Below, piece by piece: positions 44,340 to 55,007 of a stretch of 64,000 nt of DNA (the first letter of the stretch is position 1; the number at the start of each line of letters is the position of its first letter). The notes under the pieces are model-generated. The model did no database searches, was not told the DNA's origin, and saw nothing but the letters and a program-made list of their open reading frames with translations. The position numbers were made by a program, and so were the translations under genes. Source of the DNA: an uncultured Aeromonadales bacterium (GTDB lineage: Bacteria; Pseudomonadota; Gammaproteobacteria; Enterobacterales; Succinivibrionaceae); assembly GCA_902776275.1 (NCBI GenBank), contig CACYPI010000002.1, positions 5,750 to 69,749 of the forward strand, in the 5' to 3' direction.

Positions 44340-45542
44340 ATGATCAACCTAATCCAGATCCACATAGACGTGATGTGCGTCATCGTGCTGGGGATCTGCT
44401 TCTTCATATTCAGGTCGAACAAGGACCAGATGTCCAAGAACCTGGTCCGCTGCAACCAGGTCCTGGTGGTCGCCTGCGCCTTCGACATGTCGCGCTGCGT
44501 GACCCAGTACATGGACTGGGCCACCGGGTACTTCTTCAGCCTCGAGTTCCTGTTCTCGGCATTCGCCGCGGCTGCCGCGTACTGGATGCGCTTCACCGCA
44601 GCCCAGGCCTTCCTCAAGGTTCCGCAGGGCTTCTCGCCGCGCAACATCCTGCTCATGGCCCCGCTTTGCCTCTATGTCGCCTTCTGCATGACCGACTACT
44701 GGCACCGGTGCATGTTCTCGGTGGCCTCCAACAGCTCGCTCGTGCGCACCCCGCTGTTCTTCCTGCTGGGGGTGGCGTGCTTCGGGTACCTCTTCACTGC
44801 GCTCATCATCGCAGGCTACCAGTACCTGCTGGGCGAATCATCAGAGCAGCGCCACAAGGGGCAGGTGCTCTTCATCTTCACGTCGGGCACCATCCTGGGC
44901 GGGGCGATGCAGTACGTCACCAACATGCAGTGGACGCTCGCCTGCTCGACCGTGTGCATCGTCTTCTACATCGTGACCGTGCACGAGGACATGATCTTCC
45001 GCGACCACCTCTCAGGCCTCAACACCCGCGCGCGGCTGATGCGCTACCTGGGGGAGCGCTTCCCCCAGCTCAAGGCCTCGCCTGACGCCTACCTGCTCTT
45101 TTTGGACATCGACAGCTTCAAGGATATCAACGACCGCTTCGGCCACTTAAACGGCGATCGCGCCATCCGCGTGGTCGGCAAGATCATGACCATGCTCTCG
45201 CAGGACTACGGCGCCTTCACCGCCCGCTACGGCGGCGACGAGTTCGTCGCGCTGATCCCCAAGGCCGACGAGGGCTTCATCGGGCGCTGCGCCGAGCTCT
45301 TGAACTCCTACGCAGAGCTCGAGACGGCGAGCATGGGCTACGAGTTCGACATCTCGCTCTCCATCGGCCTCGTGAAGGTGTCGCTGGCCTCAAGCCCCGA
45401 GGAGCTCGTCTCCATGGCCGACGAGGCCATGTACCGCAATAAGCTTGAGCGCAAGCGCCAGACCAGGTACTCGGATCTCAACCGCACGCTGCTGCGCGAA
45501 ACGGCGTCCGGCAACGACACCACCGAGGAGGAGAGGCTCTGA
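44340..45542 (+). CDS. Membrane-bound diguanylate cyclase (GGDEF), paralog 1
   Basis: 400 aa. The N-terminal region of about 200 aa is polytopic membrane. The GGDEF domain has RYGGDEFVALI. Confidence 0.85.
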   Translation: MINLIQIHIDVMCVIVLGICFFIFRSNKDQMSKNLVRCNQVLVVACAFDMSRCVTQYMDWATGYFFSLEFLFSAFAAAAAYWMRFTAAQAFLKVPQGFSPRNILLMAPLCLYVAFCMTDYWHRCMFSVASNSSLVRTPLFFLLGVACFGYLFTALIIAGYQYLLGESSEQRHKGQVLFIFTSGTILGGAMQYVTNMQWTLACSTVCIVFYIVTVHEDMIFRDHLSGLNTRARLMRYLGERFPQLKASPDAYLLFLDIDSFKDINDRFGHLNGDRAIRVVGKIMTMLSQDYGAFTARYGGDEFVALIPKADEGFIGRCAELLNSYAELETASMGYEFDISLSIGLVKVSLASSPEELVSMADEAMYRNKLERKRQTRYSDLNRTLLRETASGNDTTEEERL

Positions 45543-46744
45543 TGGCTGCGGCGATCACCGTGCAGGCCGCCCTGCTCCACGCCGAGATGATGTGCTTCTG
45601 CATCATGCTCGTGCTCTGCTTCCTCCTGAACATCCGCGCGATCCACTCAAACGAGGTCTTGTACTTCATCAGGGTCTGCCGCAGGACGCTCGAGGTGTGC
45701 GTCGTCGCGCTCGTGATGGCCTTCGTGGAGATCCTCACGGCCTCGGGCAGGATCCCCACGGCCTGGCCGCAGCTCATAATTCAGCTGTGCTACGACGTCA
45801 TGTGCGCTTACCTGCCTTACTCCACCTACATGAGCGGCGAGAGGCTGTTGTTCCCCGAGCACGTGTCCGATGCCCGGGGCTATGCCAAGCGGGCGCTGCC
45901 GTTCTGGGCCTGCATCGCGCTCCTCGCCTCGAGCGCCTTCACGGGCAGCGTGAGGGGGCTCACCTACAACGGCCTTGGCACGCAGACAGGGCCGCTCATG
46001 TGGTGCGTGGTCGCCGTTGAGCTGCTGTACTCGCTGATGCTCCTGATGGGGCCGTTCCGCACCCTGGGCAAGCGCAAGGCCAACCGCGAGTACTACAGCC
46101 ATTTTGAGCAGACGCTCATCATGATCGCGGCGCTGTTCCCGATCATCTCCGTCCTCTCAGGCGTGTTCATGAACCTAAGCGGGGTTGCTACCGGCTACAC
46201 CATCGCGCTGTTCTTCATCATCGTGACCTTCCAGCAGCGCAGATCCTCGATGGACCAGCTCACCGGGATCAACAACCGCAACGAGCTTCGGCGCCACATG
46301 GAGAGGATCTTCGAGCAGAGCCCGTCCCGCTTAGGCGACAGCTACATCATCTTCGCGGACATCGACCACTTCAAGAGCATCAACGACACCTATGGCCACG
46401 CCGAGGGCGACCGCGCGCTGGTGCGCTTCTCCCAGATGCTCACCGAGGCGGTCTCGACCTGCCCCAACTGCTTCCTCTGCCGCTATGGCGGCGACGAGTT
46501 CCTCATCGTCTACACGGTGAAGTCCGAGCTCCTGGTCAGGGAGCTCATCGCGAGGATCCAGGAGATCTGCAAGCGAGAGAACCGCATCTTAAGCGGCAGC
46601 TACCAGCTCCGCGTCTCGGCCGACTACATCCGCTTCAGGCCCGAGTTCAAGGACTACCAGGCCTTCATCAGCGCCGCCGACAAGCGCATGTACGAGGTCA
46701 AGCGGGTGAACCACACCCGCGAGGCCGAAGAAGGCGGGGCCTGA
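45542..46744 (+). CDS. Membrane-bound diguanylate cyclase (GGDEF), paralog 2
   Basis: 400 aa. The start overlaps the paralog 1 stop (TGATG). It has the same architecture and RYGGDEFLIVY. Confidence 0.85.
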   Translation: MAAAITVQAALLHAEMMCFCIMLVLCFLLNIRAIHSNEVLYFIRVCRRTLEVCVVALVMAFVEILTASGRIPTAWPQLIIQLCYDVMCAYLPYSTYMSGERLLFPEHVSDARGYAKRALPFWACIALLASSAFTGSVRGLTYNGLGTQTGPLMWCVVAVELLYSLMLLMGPFRTLGKRKANREYYSHFEQTLIMIAALFPIISVLSGVFMNLSGVATGYTIALFFIIVTFQQRRSSMDQLTGINNRNELRRHMERIFEQSPSRLGDSYIIFADIDHFKSINDTYGHAEGDRALVRFSQMLTEAVSTCPNCFLCRYGGDEFLIVYTVKSELLVRELIARIQEICKRENRILSGSYQLRVSADYIRFRPEFKDYQAFISAADKRMYEVKRVNHTREAEEGGA

Positions 46745-46786
46745 ATCGCCCCGGTGCTGCGGATCCTGAAGGGCGCGGCGGCTGGC

Positions 46787-48103
46787 CTAGGCCGGATCCC
46801 CGTCATCGCACCACGCCACCATCTCGTCCATCTCCAGATCGACCTTGAAGGGGCAGGGGAGCTTCACGAAGTAGCCAGAGCCCTTGGCCACCTGCATCCT
46901 CTCGCCGCTCTCCTCGTCGGCCATTTGGGAGACGTCAAGATCCACAAAGCCCCTGGGGGTGAGCATGCTCACCCTCCCGTCCCCGAAGCGGTTCTTGACG
47001 CGCACGTGGATGGTGCCGTCGGGATCCTGGGAGAGGACCTGTCCGCAGCTCCTCATCCTCCCGGGCGATGGGGTGTTCGTCTCGTAGTCCTGCATGAGAT
47101 CGCACCTGCCGCCCTCAAGAAGCGCCGTGGTGTAGCCGCGCGATGGGATGGAGGACGCGATGAGGAACGACTCCCCGGGCACCTGCTCCCCGCGCGCGAT
47201 GGCGTCCAGGGCCAGGCGGTAGGCGCGGGTGATCGCGGCGACGTAGAAGGGCGAGCGCGAGCGGCCCTCTATCTTGATGGAGTCGACGCCGGTGGCGCAC
47301 AGCTTCCCCAGGATCGGCAGCGTGCAGAGATCCTTGGAGTTCATGAGGTAGGTGCCGCCTGCGTCCTGCTCCATGCCCATCCACTCCCCGGGGCGCTTCT
47401 CGGCGTCCTCGATCTCGGTTGCAAGCACGAGATCGTCTGGGAGATCCTCCGCCGAGCCGGCCTTGAATGTCTGGATCCCGCGCGCGCGAACGCGAAAAAG
47501 GTGCCTGCACGAGTTGTTGCAAGCCCCGGTGTTGGCGTCGCGCCTTGAGAGCAGGCCCGAGATGAGGCAGCGCCCGGACACCGCGACGCACAGCGCGCCG
47601 TGGGCGAATACCTCAAGCTCGGTGTCAGGGCACTCGTCCCTGATCATCTTGATCTCGGAGAGCGAGAGCTCGCGGGCGAGGATGCAGCGCTTGATCCCGA
47701 GCCTCGACCAGAACTTGACGTCGCCTGAGTTGACGGTGTTGGCCTGCACCGAGAGGTGGATTGGGATCTGCGGGCAGATCTCAAGGGCCTGGGACATCAG
47801 CCCCGGATCGGCCATGATGAGGGCGTCGGGGCCCAAGGACGCTATCTCGCGCAGCTGCCCTGCAAAATCGGCGTGCAGGCGCCTTTCGTGGGGGATGGCG
47901 TTGACCACCGCGTAGAAGCGGCAGCCGTGCTCGTGGGCGTAGCGGATCCCGCCTTCAAAGTCATCCCTGGAGAAGCCGTTGCCGCGCACGCGCAGCGACC
48001 ACCTGGGGACGCCCGCGTAGACGGCGTCCGCGCCGTAGGCCACGGCGCGGCGCAGCGCCAGCGGGGAGCCCGCCGGCGCGAGCAGCTCGGGGCTATTCCT
48101 CAC
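46787..48103 (-). CDS. U32-family protein (YegQ/TrhP-type)
   Basis: 438 aa. The N-terminus ELLAPAGSPLALRRAVAYGADAVYAG and the E-x-F-x-H-G-A-L-C-type segment (ELEVFAHGALCVAVSGRC) are typical of peptidase U32 proteins. Confidence 0.85.
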   Translation of the reverse strand: MRNSPELLAPAGSPLALRRAVAYGADAVYAGVPRWSLRVRGNGFSRDDFEGGIRYAHEHGCRFYAVVNAIPHERRLHADFAGQLREIASLGPDALIMADPGLMSQALEICPQIPIHLSVQANTVNSGDVKFWSRLGIKRCILARELSLSEIKMIRDECPDTELEVFAHGALCVAVSGRCLISGLLSRRDANTGACNNSCRHLFRVRARGIQTFKAGSAEDLPDDLVLATEIEDAEKRPGEWMGMEQDAGGTYLMNSKDLCTLPILGKLCATGVDSIKIEGRSRSPFYVAAITRAYRLALDAIARGEQVPGESFLIASSIPSRGYTTALLEGGRCDLMQDYETNTPSPGRMRSCGQVLSQDPDGTIHVRVKNRFGDGRVSMLTPRGFVDLDVSQMADEESGERMQVAKGSGYFVKLPCPFKVDLEMDEMVAWCDDGDPA

Positions 48104-49004
48104 AGTCGAAGAGCTTGAAGAGGTAGGGGATGAGCTCGTCGAGCAGCGCGCCCTGGATCACGAGGTGAGACTGGAGGTCGGCCGTGCGATCCTCGGTCTT
48201 CTCAGGCAGCGCGCGCTCGAGGTACTGGTCCAGGGGCTTCATGCGCTTGAGGCTTAAGTCGGAGCCCAGCACGAAGAAGAGCTCGTCCTTGTAGGTCAAG
48301 GCTATCTCGGTCATGAGCTTGCCTGCCTTGATGTGGACTGCGATCTCCTCTGAGGTCAGATCCTCGCGCGAGGCCCTGATGATGCCGCCGTCCTCGTCGG
48401 AGCTCTTGAGCACGGTGTCGGCCCCCAGCTCGAAGAACTCGGGCACCGGGCCCTGGGAGACCCAGGAGGTGATGCGGTCCTCGGCTGCGCAGCGCGGCTG
48501 GGGCACGCGGGCTGGGAAGGTGGTGAAGGCCTGGCGCACCAGCGCTATGGCGGTCTCGGCGCGCTTGGCGGAGGACACCGAGACGGCGCAGATCCCCTTT
48601 TGCGGCTGGACGTAGACGAGCATGTCGCGCCTTACCGGGAAGGCGCGCTCCAGAAGCTGGTTCACCAGCGCGGTCTTGAGCGCCTCCCGCTCGTTCTTGC
48701 GGATCTCGCGCCCAAGCTCGGCCTCCTTTTTGGAGACTATCTCGGAGAGCTGCGACATCACCACCGAGGAGGGGAGGAGCTTGGCCTCCTCGAGCACCCT
48801 CAGGAACACCCCGCCTGCGGTCTTGAAGGAATAGGCCCCGGTGTCGGGGAAGAGCGGGGCGAAGCCTGCCGACGCCTTCTCGCCGCCCTGGCAGGGCCTG
48901 AAGGGCACTGACTGCACCGCAGCCTCGATTTCGGCGTCGTCCTTGAAGATCCCCTCGAGATCGGAAAAATCCCCGGTGTAGACGCGGGCGCTCTTGAACC
49001 ACAT
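48093..49004 (-). CDS. rdgC: Recombination-associated protein RdgC
   Basis: Start MWFKSARVY, preceded by GGAGGA. At 303 aa it matches the length and N-terminus of RdgC. Confidence 0.85.
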   Translation of the reverse strand: MWFKSARVYTGDFSDLEGIFKDDAEIEAAVQSVPFRPCQGGEKASAGFAPLFPDTGAYSFKTAGGVFLRVLEEAKLLPSSVVMSQLSEIVSKKEAELGREIRKNEREALKTALVNQLLERAFPVRRDMLVYVQPQKGICAVSVSSAKRAETAIALVRQAFTTFPARVPQPRCAAEDRITSWVSQGPVPEFFELGADTVLKSSDEDGGIIRASREDLTSEEIAVHIKAGKLMTEIALTYKDELFFVLGSDLSLKRMKPLDQYLERALPEKTEDRTADLQSHLVIQGALLDELIPYLFKLFDCEE

Positions 49005-49216
49005 GATGCTTCCTCCAGTGTTGAAAACCGCCACAATTCTAGCATGCGCCCACCGATCGGGCAGGCGCGCGCGGCAGGATGCCGCGCGGGTGCCATCCGC
49101 TTACGAAAGAACGCAAAAATCCCCGGCGCAATGCGCGGCGGCATTGCCCTAGTGAATTGATAATGCTATAATCCTAAAGATATTTTTTACGTTTTAAGTT
49201 TGCGAAGGTAATACGA

Positions 49217-52156
49217 ATGTCCGACCAGACCGACAACCACCAGAACGGCGGGGCCCAGGGCGGCGGGGATCAGGCCCAGTCGCCCGAGACCACCGCGCTG
49301 AGCGTCAACACCGGCGTCCAGACGGTCAATCTTGAGGACGAGCTCAAGCAGTCCTTCATCGACTACGCGATGAGTGTGATAGTCGACCGCGCGCTCCCGG
49401 ACGTGAGGGACGGCTTGAAGCCAGTCCACCGCCGCGTGCTCTACGACATGTACGACCTCAAGGTCTGGCACAGCGGCCAAACCAAGAAGTCGGCCCGCAT
49501 CGTCGGCGACGTGATCGGCCGCTTCCACCCGCACGGGGACACCGCGGTCTACGAGACCATCGTCCGCATGGCCCAGTGGTTCTCGATGCGCGAGCCACTG
49601 GTGTTCGGCCAGGGCAACTTCGGCGACATCGACGGCGACGGCGCGGCGGCAATGCGCTACACCGAGGTCAAGATGACCCGCATCGCCGAGCTGATGCTGC
49701 AGGACATCGACAAGGACACGGTAAACACCTATCCAAACTACGACGGCAACGAGCAGATCCCTGAGGTCCTGCCCACGAGGTTCCCGAACCTCCTGGTGAA
49801 CGGCTCCTCGGGCATCGCCGTCGGCATGGCCACGAACATCCCGACCCACAACCTAGGCGAGGTCATCGACGGGGCCATCGCGGTGCTAGACAACCCGGAC
49901 ATCACGCTTGAGGATCTCATGCGCTGCATCCCGGGACCGGACTTCCCGACAGGCGGCGAAATAGTCGGGCGCGAGGGCGTCAAGCGCGCCTACGCCACCG
50001 GCCGCGGCCGCTGCGTCATCAGGGCCAGGACCCACATCGAGGAGGACAAGTCCGGCCGCAAGACCATCGTGGTCGACGAGATCCCCTATGTCGTGCACAA
50101 GGTGGACATCGTAAAGCAGATTGCCCAGATGGTCCGCGAGAAGAAGATCGAGGGCATCGCCGAGATCAACGACCTCTCGGACAAGAGCAACCCGGTGCGC
50201 ATCGCCATCGACCTCAAGCGCGACGCCTACGAGGAGGCGGTGCTCAACAACCTCTTCTCCAACACCATGCTCCAGTCCTCCTTCCCCATCAACATGGTGG
50301 CGCTGGTGGACAACCACCCCAGGCTCCTGCCGCTCAAGGACATCCTCATCGAGTTCGTGAAGTTCCGCCGCGAGGTCGTGACCCGCCGCACCGTGTTCCT
50401 GCTCCGCCAGGACCGCCGCAAGGCGCACGTGGACGAGGGCTTGATGGTGGCCAAGGCCAACATCCAGAAGGTCATCGACCTCATCACCTCGTCCCAGAAC
50501 CAGGACGAGGCCCGCGACAAGCTGATGGCGCAGGAGTGGGACGCCTCCGAGATCAAGCCGCTCATCGCGCTCGACGAGCACGGCGTGAACATCGCGCTGC
50601 CCCAGGGCGTTCCCGCCGACCGTGGGATCCACGGCGGCAGCTACTTCCTCTCCGAGGTGCAGGCAAGGGCGATCCTCGCCCTGCAGCTCTCCCGCCTGAC
50701 CCACCTGGCGCAGGAAGAGATCCGCGGGGACTACGCCGCGCTCCTTGAGAACATCAGGGGCTACCTTGAGATCCTGAACAACCCCGAGCGCATGAAGCAG
50801 GTGATCCGCGACGAGATGCTCGAGGTGAAGAAGGAGTACGGCAACCCGCGCCGCACCGGCTTCACCGCCGACACCGGCTCGTTCGACAAGGGCGACCTCA
50901 TCGCCCGCCAGGACGTCATCGTGACCCTCTCCAACGAGGGCTATGTCAAGTACCAGGACATCGCCTCCTACGAGTCGCAGCACCGCGGCGGCAAGGGCCG
51001 CCTGGCCGCGCGCCTCAAGGACACCGACTACCTGACCTCGATCGTGGTGGCCAACACCCACGACCTTTTGATGTGCTTCACCTCGCGCGGGCGCGGCTTC
51101 ATCACCATCGTCTACGATCTGCCCACCTCCGAGAACCGCACCTGGAGGGGCAGGCCGGTGCAGAACATCTTCAAGCTCGACGAGGGCGAGAAGATCACAG
51201 CGATGCTGCCGATGCCCGACGACGAGGAGGAGCTTGAGAGCACCTACTTCTTCCTGGCCACCAAGTTCGGCCGCATAAAGAAGGTCCGCCTCTCGCAGTT
51301 CAAGAGCTTCATCGGCCGCCTGAACGACTCGGGCATCAAGGTAGTCTCGCTTGCAGAGGGCGACGAGCTCATCGGCGCCGAGCTCTCCTCGGGCGACGAC
51401 GACGTCTATCTGTTCGCCTCGAACGGCAAGGCCCTGCACTTCTGCGACTACTGGAAGGGGGCCGCCGGCGACTCCGACGACGACGCCTCCGACAGTGCCT
51501 CCGAGGCCTCCTCCTCAGAGGAGGACGAGGGCGAGGGCGGGACGGCCGACCGCCACGGCGGCGACGGCGTGCGCCCGTCCGGGCGCGGCTCGGGCACCGT
51601 GAGCGGCATCAAGCTCATCGCGGGCGCCTCCTGCGTCTCGCTCATGGTGCTGCCGCCTGACGATCCGTGCAAGGAGTGCTTGATCGTCGGCTCCAACGGC
51701 ATCGGCAAGCGCATGGCGCTCTCCGACATCCCGCTGAAGATGCACCGCGGCTCGCAGGGCGTGTTCGTGCTCAAGGGCACCGAGAAGGCCGGCGACGTCA
51801 TCGGCGCCGTGAGGGCCGCCTCGGACAGCGAGTTCATGCTCATAACCGACCACGGCCAGATCATCCGCTCCCCGATGGAGAGCATGACAACATACAGCCG
51901 CGCCGCAACCGGCACGATCCTGATGCGCCCGGCCGAGGGCGAGAAGGTGATCGCCGTGCAGTCGATCCCAGGCGACGTGGTCGAGAACTCCCGCCGCACC
52001 TCCGAGGCCCGCTCGCTTGAGCGCAAGGCCCTGAGGGAGCAGGAAGAGGCCGCAAAAGCCAATGCCGCGCCCGAGGCGCAGCAGGAGGAGCCCTCGAACG
52101 ATGCCGCGGCCGAAGGCGAAAGCAGCGATGGCAATGAAGACAATGGAGACATCTGA
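49217..52156 (+). CDS. gyrA: DNA gyrase subunit A
   Basis: 979 aa with canonical motifs: [31 protein letters not shown] (catalytic Tyr), and a QRDR-like [13 protein letters not shown]. It has a beta-pinwheel CTD and an acidic tail. Confidence 0.95.
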   Translation: MSDQTDNHQNGGAQGGGDQAQSPETTALSVNTGVQTVNLEDELKQSFIDYAMSVIVDRALPDVRDGLKPVHRRVLYDMYDLKVWHSGQTKKSARIVGDVIGRFHPHGDTAVYETIVRMAQWFSMREPLVFGQGNFGDIDGDGAAAMRYTEVKMTRIAELMLQDIDKDTVNTYPNYDGNEQIPEVLPTRFPNLLVNGSSGIAVGMATNIPTHNLGEVIDGAIAVLDNPDITLEDLMRCIPGPDFPTGGEIVGREGVKRAYATGRGRCVIRARTHIEEDKSGRKTIVVDEIPYVVHKVDIVKQIAQMVREKKIEGIAEINDLSDKSNPVRIAIDLKRDAYEEAVLNNLFSNTMLQSSFPINMVALVDNHPRLLPLKDILIEFVKFRREVVTRRTVFLLRQDRRKAHVDEGLMVAKANIQKVIDLITSSQNQDEARDKLMAQEWDASEIKPLIALDEHGVNIALPQGVPADRGIHGGSYFLSEVQARAILALQLSRLTHLAQEEIRGDYAALLENIRGYLEILNNPERMKQVIRDEMLEVKKEYGNPRRTGFTADTGSFDKGDLIARQDVIVTLSNEGYVKYQDIASYESQHRGGKGRLAARLKDTDYLTSIVVANTHDLLMCFTSRGRGFITIVYDLPTSENRTWRGRPVQNIFKLDEGEKITAMLPMPDDEEELESTYFFLATKFGRIKKVRLSQFKSFIGRLNDSGIKVVSLAEGDELIGAELSSGDDDVYLFASNGKALHFCDYWKGAAGDSDDDASDSASEASSSEEDEGEGGTADRHGGDGVRPSGRGSGTVSGIKLIAGASCVSLMVLPPDDPCKECLIVGSNGIGKRMALSDIPLKMHRGSQGVFVLKGTEKAGDVIGAVRAASDSEFMLITDHGQIIRSPMESMTTYSRAATGTILMRPAEGEKVIAVQSIPGDVVENSRRTSEARSLERKALREQEEAAKANAAPEAQQEEPSNDAAAEGESSDGNEDNGDI

Positions 52157-53242
52157 ATGAGATCCTGGAATTTCACCGCAGGGCCGTGCACCCTGCCACT
52201 TGAGGTCATGGAGAAGGCGCAGCGCGAGTTCCTCGACTACGCGGGCATGGGGGCCGGCATCATCGAGATCTCGCACCGCAGCCCCCAGTTCGACGCCATC
52301 GCAAAGGGCTCGGAGAAGCTTCTGCGCGATCTCATGGGGATCCCCGACAACTACAAGGTGATCTTCCTGCAGTCAGGCGGCCGCGGCGAGTTTGCCGCCG
52401 TGCCGCTCAACCTCATGCCCGAAGGCGGGATCGCCGACTACTTCGTGACCGGCCACTGGTCGCGCTGCGCCTACAAGGAGTGCGACGAGCGCTTCGGCCG
52501 CGCCGTGCTCCACGAGTGCGCGGTCAAGGACGAGAACGGCATAGTCCACATCGACTACAGCCGCATGCAGGTCTCCGAGGGCGCCTCCTACGCCTACGTC
52601 TGCTTCAACGAGACCGTAAATGGCATCGAGCTCGACCGCATCCCCGACACCGGCCGCGTGCCGCTGGTCGCGGACATGTCATCTGACATCCTCACGCGCA
52701 AGGTCGATGTCTCCAAGTTCGGCGCCATCATCTTCGGCGTCCAGAAGAACGTCGCCCCGGCCGGCATGGTCGTGGCGATCGTCCGCGACGATCTCGTGGG
52801 CCATGCCCGCAAGTACTGCCCGTCGATCCTCGACTGGAAGGTCATGAGCGACCACGACTCGCTCTACAACACCCCCTGCGTGTTCTCCTGGTACATGGCA
52901 AACCTCGTGTTCGAGTGGATCAAGGGCTTGGGCGGCGTCGAAGAGCTTGAGAGGCGCAACATCGAGAAGTCCTCGCTGCTCTACAAGTACATCGACTCGT
53001 CTGATATGTACCGCAACGTCATCGCCCCGGACTCGCGCTCGCGCGTCAACGTGGTGTTCAACCTGCGCGACGAGGCCTTGAACAAGGAGTTCCTGGACGG
53101 CGCGGCCAAGCACAACATGATCGGCCTCAAGGGCCACAAGGTCCTAGGCGGCATGAGGGCCTCGCTCTACAATGCGATGACCTTGGAAGGCGTCAAAGCG
53201 CTCGTCTCCTACATGGACGAGTTTGCCAGGGCGCACGCCTGA
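52157..53242 (+). CDS. serC: Phosphoserine aminotransferase
   Basis: 361 aa. NFTAGPCTLPLEVMEKAQ..., EISHRS, and the PLP-Lys context FGVQKNVAPAG. Confidence 0.95.
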   Translation: MRSWNFTAGPCTLPLEVMEKAQREFLDYAGMGAGIIEISHRSPQFDAIAKGSEKLLRDLMGIPDNYKVIFLQSGGRGEFAAVPLNLMPEGGIADYFVTGHWSRCAYKECDERFGRAVLHECAVKDENGIVHIDYSRMQVSEGASYAYVCFNETVNGIELDRIPDTGRVPLVADMSSDILTRKVDVSKFGAIIFGVQKNVAPAGMVVAIVRDDLVGHARKYCPSILDWKVMSDHDSLYNTPCVFSWYMANLVFEWIKGLGGVEELERRNIEKSSLLYKYIDSSDMYRNVIAPDSRSRVNVVFNLRDEALNKEFLDGAAKHNMIGLKGHKVLGGMRASLYNAMTLEGVKALVSYMDEFARAHA

Positions 53243-53261
53243 CAGGCAGGCAGGAGGGGCG

Positions 53262-55007
53262 ATGGCGCAGACGGCAGCAGGACAGGAAGGGGCCGCGGGT
53301 CACCGCGACAGGAGGCGCCCGTGGCTTGAAAGCTACCCTGAGAACGTCCCCGATGAGATCACGGTCGAGCCCTTCGAGAACATCCCCGACCGGCTCGAGA
53401 AGATCTGCGCGCAGTACGCAAAGCACAAGGCCTTCACGAGCTTCGAGCACAGCGTCACCTTCGGGGAGTTCCACAAGATGGTCAGGCGCCTTGCCGCCTA
53501 CCTCCAGGTTGACCTGGGGCTGCGCAAGGGCGAGACGCTGGCGATCATCATGCCCAACCTCATCCAGTATCCGGTGAGCGTGTTCGCAGCCCTCATGTGC
53601 GGCCTCAAGGTGGTCAACGTCAACCCGCTGTACACCGCGCGCGAGATCTGCGGGATCCTCAAGGGCTGCGACGCCGCCTGCGTCATCGCCCTCAATACCG
53701 TGGGGCAGAGGCTCGAGGAGGTCTCGCGCACGCTGCCGCTGCGCCACGTCATCATCACGGGCCCCGGGGATCTACTAGGCCCCGTGCGCGGAGCGCTTTT
53801 GAACTTCGCAGCATCCTACATCGCCCATGCGGTGCCGCACTATTTCCTGAGGAAGGCGGTGCCGTTTCGCTCGGCGCTGCGCCGCGGGGATCCGAGCCTC
53901 TTCACGCGCGTGACGCTCAAGGGCTCCGACGTCGCCTTCCTCCAGTACACCGGCGGCACCACCGGCAAGCCCAAGGGCGCGATGCTCACGCACACGAACC
54001 TCATCGCCAACGTCAGGCAGTGCCTGGCGATGTACGGCTCGGTGCTCGAGATGGGGCGCGAGACCATGCTCACGCCGCTGCCGCTCTACCACGTGTTCTC
54101 CATGACCGTGAACCTGATGCTCCAGGTGTCAATCGGCGCCGACAGCATCCTCATCATGGATCCGCGCCGCTTCCGCAGCTTCCTCAAGACCATCAAGCGC
54201 CACCCCGAGATCTCGGTGATGACGGGCGTCAACACGCTCTTCGCCGCGATGGTCGACCACGGGGTGTTCACGCGCCGCTATCCGATGAAGCACCTGCGCT
54301 TGGCAGTAGGCGGCGGCGCGGCCGTGCAGTCGGGCGTCGCAGAGCGCTTCTACAAGGCCTCCGGGCAGCACATCCTCGAAGGCTACGGCCTCACCGAGTG
54401 CTCACCGGTGGCCTGCGTCAATCCCTACACCTCGCGCGTGTTCACCGGCTCCATCGGGATCCCGCTGCCCTCGACGCTGGCGCGCATAGTCTCGCTTGAC
54501 GACGGATCCGAGATCTGGGAGGAGGGCATGGCGGGCGAGCTTGAGTTCAAGGGCCCGCAGGTCATGGCCGGCTACTACCGCAACGAGGCTGAGAACGCCC
54601 GCGTGCGCGACAACGGCTGGCTGCGCACCGGCGATATCGCGGTCTGGCAGCAGGGCGGCTACCTCAAGATAGTCGACCGCATCAAGGACATGATCATAGT
54701 CTCAGGCTTCAACGTCTTCCCGTCGGAGATCGAGGACGTGGTCTCGCACCTGCACAAGGTGCGCGAATGCTGCGCCGTGGGCGTGCCCTCGGACAAGACC
54801 GGCGAGGCGGTCAAGCTCTTCATCGTAAAGCGCGATCCCTCGCTTACCGAGGAGGAGGTCCACGTCTACTGCAAGGACTACCTCACAGGCTACAAGCGCC
54901 CGAAGATCGTCTCCTTCGTGAAGTCGCTGCCAAAGTCCCCGGTTGGCAAGGTCATGCGCCGCTACCTCCAGGATCCCTCCTACCTTGAGAAGCACAAGAA
55001 TGGCTGA
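53262..55007 (+). CDS. fadD: Long-chain-fatty-acid--CoA ligase
   Basis: ATG after AGGAGG. AMP-binding motifs YTGGTTGKPKGA, GYGLTE, and TGD...DRIKD. It is followed by rnd, as in E. coli. Confidence 0.9.
   Translation: MAQTAAGQEGAAGHRDRRRPWLESYPENVPDEITVEPFENIPDRLEKICAQYAKHKAFTSFEHSVTFGEFHKMVRRLAAYLQVDLGLRKGETLAIIMPNLIQYPVSVFAALMCGLKVVNVNPLYTAREICGILKGCDAACVIALNTVGQRLEEVSRTLPLRHVIITGPGDLLGPVRGALLNFAASYIAHAVPHYFLRKAVPFRSALRRGDPSLFTRVTLKGSDVAFLQYTGGTTGKPKGAMLTHTNLIANVRQCLAMYGSVLEMGRETMLTPLPLYHVFSMTVNLMLQVSIGADSILIMDPRRFRSFLKTIKRHPEISVMTGVNTLFAAMVDHGVFTRRYPMKHLRLAVGGGAAVQSGVAERFYKASGQHILEGYGLTECSPVACVNPYTSRVFTGSIGIPLPSTLARIVSLDDGSEIWEEGMAGELEFKGPQVMAGYYRNEAENARVRDNGWLRTGDIAVWQQGGYLKIVDRIKDMIIVSGFNVFPSEIEDVVSHLHKVRECCAVGVPSDKTGEAVKLFIVKRDPSLTEEEVHVYCKDYLTGYKRPKIVSFVKSLPKSPVGKVMRRYLQDPSYLEKHKNG

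Noticed and set aside
49886-51439. 517-aa minus-strand ORF
   Set aside because: It is antisense to gyrA. It is a stop-codon-poor frame caused by GC3 bias, with no recognisable motif.
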